Of a stretch of 32,000 nucleotides of DNA, positions 1 through 11,100 are shown one piece after another. The position numbers were made by a program, and so were the translations under genes. Source of the DNA: Zygophlyctis sp. KS116 (Eukaryota; Fungi; Chytridiomycota); assembly GCA_054661495.1 (NCBI GenBank), contig BAAFSQ010000061.1:15661-47660 (forward strand), written 5' to 3'. Every line of letters begins with the position of its first letter. Within the stretch, counting starts at the first letter, position 1. Under the pieces are notes generated by a model. The model was not told the origin of the DNA, ran no database searches, and saw only the letters and a program-made list of their open reading frames with translations.

Positions 1-227
1 CTTAGAATTGCCTTGAAAGTATTTTTATGATTGACTATAGATAGCGAGACTGGGCCTCTATGAGATTCTAGAGATAAGAAATTTAAATGTGGTCTTGATA
101 AAAACATATCTCTATACCACAGAATATCTTTTTCTAGTTCTTCAGATAGTGGTTGTTGTAGAGAAGAGACTTGAGAGTTTACACTTGTGTTTAATAAAAT
201 GAATTCTGAGCCTCCCGTTGTCATCAT
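1..227 (-). CDS. Rap/Ran-GAP (Rap1GAP-like) protein, 5' part, runs off window edge
   Basis: Open minus frame from ATG 227 to position 1 reads ...WYRDMFLSRPHLNFLSLESHRGPVSLSIVNHKNTFKAIL, resembling the Rap1GAP segment YRxxFLGKEHxNY...LG.L..S.....LR..LR (family recalled from memory). The start could be ATG 297 via a 25-nt intron (212-236). Confidence 0.55.
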   Translation of the reverse strand, partial: MMTTGGSEFILLNTSVNSQVSSLQQPLSEELEKDILWYRDMFLSRPHLNFLSLESHRGPVSLSIVNHKNTFKAIL

Positions 228-299
228 TTTATTCACAGCCAATGAATGACCTTGACTCTTTGCTACAAATCTCAAAATTGTATTTTATATCTTGCATTT

Positions 300-1308
300 T
301 TAAGCTGAATATTCAGTAAATTCTGCATGTCCAGTCTCCATTGCATGCTTTTGAGCCTCATTTTGTCCTATTAATCCCATTCTACAAATTCCACATCTTA
401 GACTAAAATTTGCCAAATCTGTATACTTGTGCTTCTCTTTTAATCTACTTGCTAATCTTAATGCAGCATCTAATATTTCAGTCTTGAAACTTGAAAACAC
501 TGTCACATCAAAATCTTTAGGTCCATCTTGTAAAGGTGAAATCGCCAAAACATCATAATGAATTCCAGAATATAATAATAAAACTCTAGAATCGTATTTA
601 TCTTGTCCAAATCTATCTACTCTTAATGTAGATATATCTATAGAATCTATTTCTAATCCTATAAATATTTTTAAAATTACCAGTTTTATAATATTCTGAA
701 AATATAGCTAATTCTATTCCACCACCCCAAGAATTTAAATTTGTAATCCAATTACAGTATTCTATAGGATCTCTTCCTAATATAACTTTAGGATATTCTA
801 TAGGATTCTCTAGAATATAATCTCTTACAATTTGTCGTTGTTTACTATGTAACTCTACATTTCTTTCTAGCACATATGCAATAGAACGAAATAAACAAGA
901 ATTATCATCCTTCATTTCTCTAATTACCAAGAATCCATCTTGCAACTTTTCACTTTTAATATTGTCCTTGTTGGTTGAAATATCATTATCATTACGAGCA
1001 ATACTAGTAGTACCAGTATTAAGCGTACTTTGGGCGCTAGTATCAAGTGTACTCTTAACAATAAGAGTACTTTTAGAATTAAGAGTATCAAGAGAGGGAA
1101 ATATAAGAATCTGATCGCCATTTCTAATAGAGTCTGATATTCTAGATCCGCCCAGTGTTGACGGTGGAAATCCAACTTTTAATTCAAAATTTGAAATTCC
1201 AGTGACAGAAATTACAAGAGCATGTAGTTCTTGTAAACTTGCTGTTGGATCTACTTGTTGTAGTGTCCATTTATCACCAGATTTTGGATTTTTAACTGAA
1301 ATTCTCAT
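300..1308 (-). CDS. OTU1: Ubiquitin thioesterase OTU1/YOD1 (UBL + OTU + C2H2 zinc finger), about 326 aa
   Basis: DDNSCLF catalytic Cys, WGGGIELAI, YSGIHYD, C-terminal CxxC...HAMETGH. One 28-nt intron (653-680) joins the two ORF pieces in frame. Confidence 0.93.
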
Positions 1309-1421
1309 GGTTAAACTAGAATTTCTTAAGAATTTCTTTGAGACGAGAGGCTATAAGAATTAATAGTATTTAATTTTACAATATTATAGCACTAAAGGAA
1401 ATTGGAGCTTCGGAAGTTAAA

Positions 1422-3745
1422 ATGGATAATTACAAGAGCTGGAAAGGAATTACAAACTATTCCAGTCTTTCAGACTCTACAGAATTTCATTTAAAGACTT
1501 GGAAGGCTTCAGACAAGTCTTGGGTTACAAGTAGAAATGGTGTTTTTAGAAAACCATTAGATACTAGAGGTCAATCTAATAAGAAGGGAGTACAAGATGT
1601 TTCTATTAAAACAGAAAATGTAAAACTTAATGTACAAAATCACTCTGAGAATCAGTCTAATACTGTCAATACTAATAATTCTCTGTTGGAAAATCTGTCC
1701 GAAAATCTGAATTATGGTCAATCAAGGAATCAAGTTGATAGACTAGACTTGGAAGAGTATAGTACGCGTTTAAAGAACTTGGCTGCTCAAACGGCTCTGG
1801 AAAGGAAAAGAGATGGTAAAAGAGTATTTATTCTGTAAAATAATTTTAATAGTTGTTGTCAAATGATAGGACAATGTTGTTACAAAATGAAAGACAAAGA
1901 TATGATGCTTTAGAATCAGATTATCAGACTCTATTAGGACAAGTTGAAAAATTACAAAATTCGCATTCAGTAGAGATTTCTACAATTTTAAAGAAATCAA
2001 AGACGGCTCAAAGAGCTTTAGGACATGCATTGGATTTAAAGTCTTTGGAAATTGTAGAATTAAATAGAAATGTAAAAGAATGGCAGTCTAGGTATGCCGA
2101 TGAATCTGCTAAATGGGTTTTTGCAAATCAAGGATTAAAAGAAAAATTTCATCCATTACAAGTTCAAGTCAACGAAATTAGAGGGGATTTGGAATCTAAA
2201 GAAAAAATTATATCTAAATTAAAGGAAAAGTTGACTCAATCGGTTCAAAATTATGAAATTAAACAAGATGAATTAAACAGGTTTGTAAAGTCTTTTAGAA
2301 GGACAGAGTCAAGTTTTAATAGGGAAAGAGAGGCATGGTTAGACTTGAAAATGGAATTATCGGACAAAAATAGGGAATTAGAAACTCTAAAAAAGGAGAA
2401 TGAAGATTTGAAATTGGGAATATCTAAAAGTAATCAGACAATAACGGATATTTCTTCGCTTAAACCTGTTTTAGATGAAGCTAAAAGGAAAATTCAGATT
2501 CTATTAGAGAGAGAACAGGACTATTTAGATAAGTTGGAGGATCTTTCTATAGAGAATACAAAATATTTACAAGAAAATCAAGTGCTAAAAGACTCTATGC
2601 AGTCTCTAGAAAAAGAATTTTTGGTTTTAAATGGGAATTATGGAATTTCTTTAAAAGAAATTGAGTCTTTAAGAATTTCTAATCAAGAAAATTTAGATTT
2701 AAATTCTAAATTAAACAATACTAAAGATCAGGATATTTGTCATATTAACGATTTAGCATCAAAATTAGATTTGTTAAAAACTGAAAACATCAAAAATCAA
2801 GAAAAAGCATCTGGACTGTCACGGCTTAATGAAGAATTGACACGACAAAATCGACAGTTGCAAAAGGAAATTGAATATTCTAAAACTTGCTCTGGAGAAT
2901 ACTATAATAGGATAGAATCTTTAATGCAAGAAAAATCAGCAATGTCATCTACACTCTTACTAGTCCAGCAGGATTTGTATGATCTGACAAACAGATTTCA
3001 AGAACAATCGGAATTGTTAGATCTTGAAAAAAGTAGTAAAGCAGGATTTATCAAGGAAAATTCTATCAAATTTCAAAATGTTACTAGTCGAATTAATAAT
3101 CTTCAATCCACAATCGAAGAAACATCAAAATTACTCGCAGAATACAAAAACAATGAAATAACTCTTCGTGGAAATCTGTCTGAAAGAAATGATTTACTTC
3201 AAGAAAAAGAGTTGGAAATTTTACAATTAAGAAACTCTTGTATCTCTCTACAAGACTCTCTTTCAAATCAATCCAAAGAATTTAAAGATGTAACGGAATC
3301 TAGAAAACTTCAAGTTTCTAGACTCTCTGAAATGTATGAATCTGATCTTGAATCCTTCAAAACCAAGATTTCTAATTTATTGTCTGAATTAGAGTCTAAA
3401 AAGACTCATATTAATGAATCTAAAATCGAAGTTACTAATCTCAAGTATGAAAACGCTAGTCTGGTTGGTGAAATCAGTCATTTAAGGAGTGAAATACAAA
3501 AGGGAGAGTCTGGAGAGACAAGTTTAAAATCAAGACTGGCATCTCTAGAGTCTTTAATTTCAACATTTGAATCTCAAGTTTCAATGTATAAATCTAAAAT
3601 ATCTAGTCTAGAGTCTCAAATATCAGTTTTAGAAAAGGAATCTCAAATATCCAAAAAGAATTTCAGTTTTGAACCATTGAGTTTGGGAAAACTTCAAGAA
3701 AAATTAACTCAACAATTGGATTCAATCGTAGAAAATCAATTCTGA
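1422..3745 (+). CDS. Long coiled-coil protein of unknown function, about 764 aa
   Basis: Heptad-rich E/K/L/S composition. Phase-0 29-nt intron 1824-1852 (gtattt...aatag) joins ORFs 1422-1838 and 1853-3745. Confidence 0.8.
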
Positions 3746-3900
3746 GATTTTATTGGTTCTAGAATCTGTAGCAAGTGAAGAACATCTTTTTCAATTTCAG
3801 CTTCCTTCAAGGCTGCCAAGGCTGATAATTTTTGAAGAGAAATTTTTGAATTTTCTATTGGTCTGACTGGTAATTTTTGAACTGGTTCAAGTAGACAAGG

Positions 3901-4335
3901 ATGCAAGACTTTGGACCAAGACTTCCGCCTCATTTATTGAAGAGAAAAGCAGAAGAAAACCCCAAATTTAAATCTAGAGCTAGTAGTAGTTCTAGATCAA
4001 GTGGTAGTGATGATTCTAGTGGTAGTTCTAGTGATGACATGATTGGACCAGTTCCAGTCTCTCAATCTCTGCCAGTATCTAAAAAAAAGAAGAGAGAATC
4101 TCAAAAGAGTGCAGTCAGGACTGTTGATAATCCTCTAGATAAAACTCTGCAAGTTGCTCAAGACAAGGATGAAACCAAAAAATCTCTCTTGCAACAACAT
4201 CAGTCAACGAATATGGGAAATAAATTACCTCTAGATCTTAACCAAGTCAGAAACATTATGGCTCCACTAAAAAGAGAATCAATAATTGAACAAGCTAAAT
4301 CTCTAGATTCTAGATTTACTAAAAATTCTTTATAG
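3901..4335 (+). CDS. GPALPP1/DUF3752-like protein, 144 aa
   Basis: N-terminal FGPRLPPHLL and MIGPVP motifs, Ser/Asp tract, KSLLQQHQ motif and LDSRF end. Confidence 0.65.
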   Translation: MQDFGPRLPPHLLKRKAEENPKFKSRASSSSRSSGSDDSSGSSSDDMIGPVPVSQSLPVSKKKKRESQKSAVRTVDNPLDKTLQVAQDKDETKKSLLQQHQSTNMGNKLPLDLNQVRNIMAPLKRESIIEQAKSLDSRFTKNSL

Positions 4336-5239
4336 ATTCCTCTTGTTTTAAATCACTCTTGAGAAAAGAATAATGTAGATAAACTAGAGGTATAGTACTT
4401 AAATGCCATATAGAATGTGCATCTAAAATTCCAAAAATTGGTGAAAAATCAAATACTTCCAAACACATTGCGCAAGTAATTAAAATAACAAATGCAACTT
4501 GCTTTAGTCCATAATCAGTCTTGATTCCAACTCTAAAATACCATAAAATCCATTGTAAATTAGTTAAAAACCCAAAACTTATTCCAATAATCATATTATA
4601 AGAATAATCAAATGCTCCAAAAGACAAATATAATACATGTCCTATATAGTAAATAGTAAGAAATCTCTTTAGAGTCTTTTGAGATTTTAGAGATAAATTC
4701 CAAGATTTTACAGTAGCAATAAAAAAAGAATATTCTAAACCCATGATTGCCATGTAATAATCTGCTTTTTCTGTAATTGGGAAATCTCTAGAATGAAATA
4801 TTGTCGAAGCAATCCATAAAAGTATAGAAATTCTAGAAAAATTCATGTAAATATTTCGTAAATGAGATTCTCTAAAACTTTCTAGTACTTTATAGCCTTT
4901 TAAATGAGCAATCATATTTCCTAGAGAGAAAATCACTGAAGCTGGTTCCTGTATTCCTAAAATTCTAGTAAATGGCCATTTCCCATAGTATTGTAGCAGT
5001 GGCAGTCCTTGAGAAGAGCGAACAGAAGAAAAATACTGCATGCAAGTGTATTTACAATTATCCAAACAAGACCAACCAGTTAATTTCAAGAATAAATTTA
5101 GATCTGAAATACAATTATTAGATTTACATTTTTCCTGTCTTATACAAGCCTGAAATTCTTGTAGTCTATCTCCTGCTGAGCCTGAAACTATTCCAAATAT
5201 TACTATTAATACTACCAGTTTTAGAAACACTCTAATCAT
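4319..5239 (-). CDS. PER1: Per1/PGAP3 GPI-remodelling membrane protein, 306 aa
   Basis: SAGDR...C, WSCLDNCKYTCM, QYYGKWPF.RILGIQEPASVIFS, FHSRDFPITEKADY, LDAHSIWH. Intronless. Confidence 0.95.
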   Translation of the reverse strand: MIRVFLKLVVLIVIFGIVSGSAGDRLQEFQACIRQEKCKSNNCISDLNLFLKLTGWSCLDNCKYTCMQYFSSVRSSQGLPLLQYYGKWPFTRILGIQEPASVIFSLGNMIAHLKGYKVLESFRESHLRNIYMNFSRISILLWIASTIFHSRDFPITEKADYYMAIMGLEYSFFIATVKSWNLSLKSQKTLKRFLTIYYIGHVLYLSFGAFDYSYNMIIGISFGFLTNLQWILWYFRVGIKTDYGLKQVAFVILITCAMCLEVFDFSPIFGILDAHSIWHLSTIPLVYLHYSFLKSDLKQEESIKNF

Positions 5240-5309
5240 TTTAAAAGTCGATATCTTTTTTTTTTAAATTTAAATTGTAAAATTATCTACTTAAAGTAGA
5301 CTATAGTGA

Positions 5310-5922
5310 CTATAGTCCTTTAGAGACAAACAAGACATGATCTACAATATCTGTAATAGATTCTTCAAATTTAAATTCTTTTGGAGATTTCTCAGTCACT
5401 TTTAAAGGTAATAACCATCCTATATCATAAAATATTAAAATTATTACCTGCTCCTGCATCAATATCCCAATTTCTTTCACGTACAGATTTACCAATTAAA
5501 TCAGTTGGAATTCCTAGTATAGACGATGCTTTTCCAGGTTCAATTGAAATATATACTTTAGAGAGTCTAGAGAATTGTGATTCTCCTAAAGAGACTTTAA
5601 AATGTTGAATTAAAATAGAATTAATTTCATAGTTCCAAGTGAAATTAGAAATTCTGAGGAAAAGTTTCCTATATTGAAATGAAGCTAATAAAGTAGCAAT
5701 TTCAGACCATTGATTGCAATCATGATCAGTTTTAGAAATTCTTTTAATCAAGAATCTTAATGGAACAATTTGATTTAAAATACAATAAATTCCAGCTAAA
5801 ATACAAGTAAATTCAGGAGTTGATTCATTTCCTAGACTGTAAGTTTGTAATTCATAGTCTTGAAGAATATTTTGAATCTTGTAATAGTCTTTTGAAGCGA
5901 GTAAATATGATATTTCTTGCAT
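5310..5922 (-). CDS. CSN8/PSMD8/eIF3k-family PCI protein (COP9 signalosome subunit 8-like), about 194 aa
   Basis: LRFLIKRI, LSKVYISI...ASSILG...RNWDID and C-terminal helix IVDHVLFV. 28-nt intron 5420-5447. Confidence 0.65.
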
Positions 5923-5990
5923 TTTTGCTCTTTCACTTCTAATTTATTCACAACAAACTCAATACTCACATAAAAAATCTTAAAAAAGTC

Positions 5991-6695
5991 TTACAATCGA
6001 TCTATAATTTTCAAGACAATCAAATACACAAATAAACTTGATAATACCAACAGTTTCCAATCAATGACAGATCGAACGTTGCTAGAAGGGGTGACTACAG
6101 GCGCAGGACCACTGTGAGATGGGAGAGCAGGAGAGGCGTTGGGTGGGGTAGAATGAGAGTTTGAAGCAAGATCTGGAAATACTTTTAGAAATTTTGGGTT
6201 TGATCTATTGAATTCAAAAGATGATTTGGCCAATTGTTTTTTTGTAGCTACAGATGTATCTATAGATCCAGTAGTAAATGTATCTTCTACTATAATATTA
6301 TTATTTTTTAAAAAATTACACATAAATGAGAGTAATCCCGTTAAAATTGTTGATACAGACCATGCAGGATTCCAAGTTCCAGGATGGAAATCAGACATTG
6401 ATAGGCATAGACGTGTATTAGTTGCAAATCTACCATTGGGAGTAATCATTTTAATAGCTAAAAGTAAGTTGAGAATATAATTCTTACTGGGAGGTTTATA
6501 AGGATAGTCGGATGGAAAGATTAATTTCCCATGATATTCTCCACCTTCAAAAGGAGTTTCTGGAGGGCCCTGAATCACATAATGAAATTCTAAAATGTTG
6601 GATTCTAATGGTCGAGCTAATATAAATGGCGGTGGGTTTTTCTCAAGTGCTAGAGCTTCTTTTGTGAGTCTTTTAAGTGCTGATTTTGACGCCAT
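5991..6695 (-). CDS. UBC6: Tail-anchored ubiquitin-conjugating enzyme E2 (Ubc6/UBE2J2), 214 aa spliced
   Basis: TPNGRF.TNTRLCLSMSDFHP.TWNPAWSVSTILTGLLSFM plus C-terminal TM. Two 30-nt introns (6458-6487, 6290-6319) that are read through in the ORF track. Confidence 0.95.
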   Translation of the reverse strand: MASKSALKRLTKEALALEKNPPPFILARPLESNILEFHYVIQGPPETPFEGGEYHGKLIFPSDYPYKPPSKNYILNLLLAIKMITPNGRFATNTRLCLSMSDFHPGTWNPAWSVSTILTGLLSFMCNFLKNNNIIVEDTFTTGSIDTSVATKKQLAKSSFEFNRSNPKFLKVFPDLASNSHSTPPNASPALPSHSGPAPVVTPSSNVRSVIDWKLLVLSSLFVYLIVLKIIDRL

Positions 6696-6718
6696 TTTTT
6701 AAGGTTTTTTCAAGTTTT

Positions 6719-8083
6719 TTAATATGGTAAACTATCAAATAGAAAACTCACAGATTCTCCATTGTGAATTCTTCTAATAGCTTCCGCAAACAGAGTTTTT
6801 ACTTCCATAACTTTCATTTTTGGGCAGTATTTTAAATGTTCTTCTTGAGGAACAGTGTTGGATACGACAACTTCATCTATAAATGATGCATTGATTCTTT
6901 CAATAGCATTACCAGACATGATACCATGTGTAATAAGTGCAATTATTCTTATAGCACCATGATCATGAAGGTATCGGGCTGCTTTAGTAATTGTAATTGA
7001 AGTATCTGCAATATCATCAACCAAGATACAAACTGTAAAATTAATGAGTATGATTTACCTTTTCCCGTGACATCTCCAATAATGTTCATATTATCTCTAC
7101 TTTCAAAATTTTCTCGTTCACGATGAATTAGTGCAAAATCCATCTTTAGCTTATTTGCTATACTAGAAGCTCTTTTAGCACCTCCAGCATCTGGTGAGAC
7201 AATAACAGCAGATTTATAATCTGGAACTTTTTCTCTAATCCATTTTACTAAAAGTGGTTTTGAATAAAGGTTATCTACTGGGATATCAAAAAGACCTTGA
7301 AATTGAGGATCATGAAGATCCATTGTAATAATATGATCTGCTCCTAAATATTAAAATTTCTAAAATATTAACCTGCTGCAACCAACATATTTGCAATCAA
7401 TGTTCCACTTTTAGCAGTCCAGTGATGATAACCATTACTTGAATCATTTGCTATAGAATGAAGTGGTATCATACTATCAACTGAAGGCGCTTGATGTAAA
7501 GATAATACTTCAATATTTGGAAAACTAGTACTTCTAGTTGACATTCGCGGATTATCCTTTGCAATTGTTGAGGATGTACGTTTTCTATTGACAGGTTTTT
7601 CAATTTCATTTGGAAATTTAATATGAAGCTGTTTCCTATCTGGAGATGGACAAGGACTCGTAGCTCCCTGAACTAAATCCTGATATTTTGCATATGAATC
7701 TGCATTCATTCTAGATAAATTTTGACTTGAAACTGTACCATTTCTCTTTGAGAATGACTGATCAGGCTGTCTTGCATAAGGAAAACATGGTAATACAACT
7801 GTAATCTTTCTAGCAGATGCAGTCCTACAGGCAGCAATCTATAATCAATACTCATCTTAAATACCATGATCAGTAATTCCATGAAAACATCATTAACTTC
7901 TCCACAACCAGAAGACACGATATAAGTGTCAATATCTCTCACAGATTCTCCAATCTCTACATTAGTTTCCTTGTTTGAAAACTTTGATAGCTTCACTCGA
8001 CCTAGAGAGATTCCTAAAGTTTCAGCGATCGACTGTGAAAGCGTTGGATGTGCAGATCCACTAAAAAGGACAATATTTCTCAT
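6719..8083 (-). CDS. PRS5: Ribose-phosphate pyrophosphokinase, Prs5-like (long insertion in flexible loop), about 427 aa
   Basis: [62 protein letters not shown]. Introns 7839-7864, 7344-7372, 7033-7058. Paralog assignment rests on the insertion position. Confidence 0.88.
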
Positions 8084-8186
8084 TATCTCGGATCAATTTT
8101 CTCACAAATTTGATTTCCTAGTGCATCAGCGACCCATTGGCGACCTATGACCAAGTCACGTCACGCGCACCCGTTCAAACGCAAAA
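8084..8186. promoter_or_regulatory. 103-bp bidirectional promoter (PRS5-like / DIS3L2)
   Basis: Divergent ATGs at 8083 and 8187. Locally GC/CpG-rich, with ATTGG (reverse CCAAT) and GTCACGTCACGCG. Confidence 0.6.
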
Positions 8187-11100
8187 ATGCAATCGACAGA
8201 CAGTGGAATATCATTCTCTTTAATCAAACGACCCACAGAAGAGTCGAGTTCAAGTAAAAGTGAAAATTCTCAAAGAAAGCCATTTAAGAATGTTCCTATT
8301 ATACAGAAAGGAGGACCGAGTCTCGCCAATGCAGACGGGGAAAATTCAAAGGATCAGTCAAGTCAAAGAAAAGGAAAGGGGAAATTTAGATCAGATAATG
8401 AATCTGCTCTCAAAAGTAATCATCCCAAGGATGCTTATAAAGGAAAGGGTAAAAAAAGTCTGAAAGATGAGAAACGTGTTCATGAGCATGCAAGTACAGA
8501 ATCTGTTGGTATTTTGATACACCAAGATGATGTATCAGGCACAGGGCGCTCCAAATCTAACAGAAAAGGAAATACCCGATCTTCTCAAAATGAACGCAAT
8601 ACCAGATCTTCCCAGAATGAAGGAAATGATAGATCTTCCCAGAATGAAGGAAATGATAGATCTTCTCAAAATGAACGCAATTCCAGATCTTCCCAGAATG
8701 AAGGAAATGCTAGATCTTCTCAAAATGAAGGAAATGCTAGATCTTCCCAGAATGAAGGAAATGCTAGATCTTCTCAAAATGAAGGAAATGCTAGATCTTC
8801 TCAAAATGAACGCAATACCAGATCTTCCCAGAATGAACGCAATACCAGATCTTCTCAAAATGAAGGAAATACCAGATCTTCCCAGAATGAAGGAAATGCT
8901 AGATCTTCCCAGAATAAAGGAAATGATAGATCTTCTCAAAATGAAGGAAATGCTAGATCTTCTCAAAATGAACGCAATACCAGATCTTCCCAGAATGAAG
9001 GAAATACCAGATCTTCTCAAAATGAAGGAAATGCTAGATCTTCTCAAAATGAAGGAAATGCTAGATCTTCCCAGAATGAAGGGAAGAGACGATATTATAA
9101 AAAAAGAGGTGCGGGCCAAGAAGAAGTTCCAAAAGTAAGTGGTGGGCTATATAGACCGCAAAATTCTGGAAGAGGACAAAGATCACATGATCCAAGAGAT
9201 CGAAAAATTAAAGGATCTCGTGCTGATGGAGAAGCGCCAAAAGAAGGAGTCAGAACGCTATACAAACATCATTATTCACTCAAGCAGGTAGAAGAAGGTT
9301 TAGAGGCAAAAACACTGTTTCAAGGTACTCTGCGTATTAACAAGAAAAATCGGTATTTTTTGATGACTCATTATAGAGCTGAGTCTTATGTCACGGTAGT
9401 AGGGAGAGACGATGATGTATTCATTCAAGGAGTAGTCGCTAGAAATAGAGCACTTAATGGTGATATCGTCGTTATAGAGCTACTAAATGGAAAAGAGCAT
9501 GATGCTGAGATGGTGAAACTAAAAAAAAATCGTCAAGAAAAATTAGAAAAGGATCAGGAAAGACAAAGTAAAGTTGCTATAGCAGATGACGAAGATCTTT
9601 TTGTAGACGAAATTGTTGAGAATGAAATAGATGATGAATTAGAAGGCGTGCCGATTACTGACATCACGGGTAAGTTTTACTAAGGTTTGACATCAAGCTG
9701 ATAAAGTAATGTTTGGTAGAGTGGTCTACATAATTACCCGAACATTTAATCATAATGTGGCTGGAACTCTTCAAATTGAAAATTTTGGAGCACAGGATCC
9801 AAAGAGGATATGGTTTAAACCGGTAATGTCGCAATTTTTGAAATATAGATTGATAAAAGGATGCCGTTTTTTGTGGTTTCGAGGGAAATTGCTCCAAAAG
9901 AATTTTTGGAAAATCCAGAAGATTTTAGTAAAACTTTTTTCACGGCATCGATTACAAACTGGAATGCTCATTCAAGGCTCCCTTTAGCGCAAGTAACAGG
10001 GAAGCTTGGGCAGATGGGGGAACTTCCTATTGAAACACAAGCACTTTTGGCGGATGCAGGAGTTACTTGGAATGATTTTGATGATGTGATACTAAAAGAT
10101 TTGCCTGCAACGGTATTTTTCGGTTCTAGTAACGACAATAGCCCTGGGAAATTCCACAGTCTGAAGTTGCTATACGAAGAGATTTTAGAAATGATTCCGT
10201 TTTCTCAATTGATCCTTTGACGGCAAAAGATCTTGTATTTTAATTTATTATTTTAAAAAAAAGGATGATGCGATATCTGTAAAATATTTAGATAATGGAC
10301 TGATGGAAGTCGGTGTTCACATTGCTGACGTTTCACATTTCGTCAAGTCCGGTACTGAATTGGATAAGGAAGCTCATTTCCGTGCGACCACAGTTTATTT
10401 AGTTCAACGTGCTATTCCTATGCTGCCTCGTTTACTCTGTGAACAGCTATGTAGTCTGAATCCTGATGTTGATAGACTCTCATTTTCAGTTGTTTGGATG
10501 ATGAATTCTAGTGCTGAAATCGTCGGAGAACCCTGGTTTGGAAAATCAATTATACGTTCCAGGGCCAAATTAGCCTATGAGCATGCCCAGGCCATTATTG
10601 AGGGGAAGGATTGGTCAAACTTGCCTCATGTATTGATGTCAAAAGATATTACCTTTGAAGAAATCAAAAGGAATGTATTGACATTTTATCAGTTAAGTAA
10701 ACATTTGCGTAAAAGGCGATACGATAATGGTGCCTTATCTATCCAGTCAATAAAACTTTGGTTTTCTTTAGATGATTTAGGCAATCCGACAAAAACTGGA
10801 ATATATCAGATTAAAGATAGTAATCGATTGATTGAAGAGGTAAATGGCCTATCAAAAGTCTAAATTTAGTTTATGCTTCTTGCAAATATGGCGGTTGCTC
10901 ACAAAATAAGCTCTACATTTTCAGAAGCTTCATTGCTAAGATGCCATCCACCTCCGCTTCAGAAAGGACTGGACAAATTTTTAGAATTGGCAACAAAAGT
11001 TGGCTATGAATTTGATGCATCTTCATCTGGCTCATTACATGAATCTTTTGAAAGAATTCAAGACCCTGTATTTTTCATTTTATTTCTAAATATCTAGATT

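Noticed and set aside
5923-5994. UBC6-CSN8 fusion via the GTAAG overlapping the UBC6 stop
   Set aside because: An in-frame join needs a 56-nt intron, outside the observed range, and would destroy the tail anchor.
8571-9083. CRISPR-like array
   Set aside because: Units are contiguous with no unique spacers, are in frame within a eukaryotic CDS, and no cas genes are present.
8527-9138. Alternative-frame ORFs 8527-9138 (+) and 8535-9119 (-)
   Set aside because: They stay open only because the 27-bp unit lacks stops in those frames.
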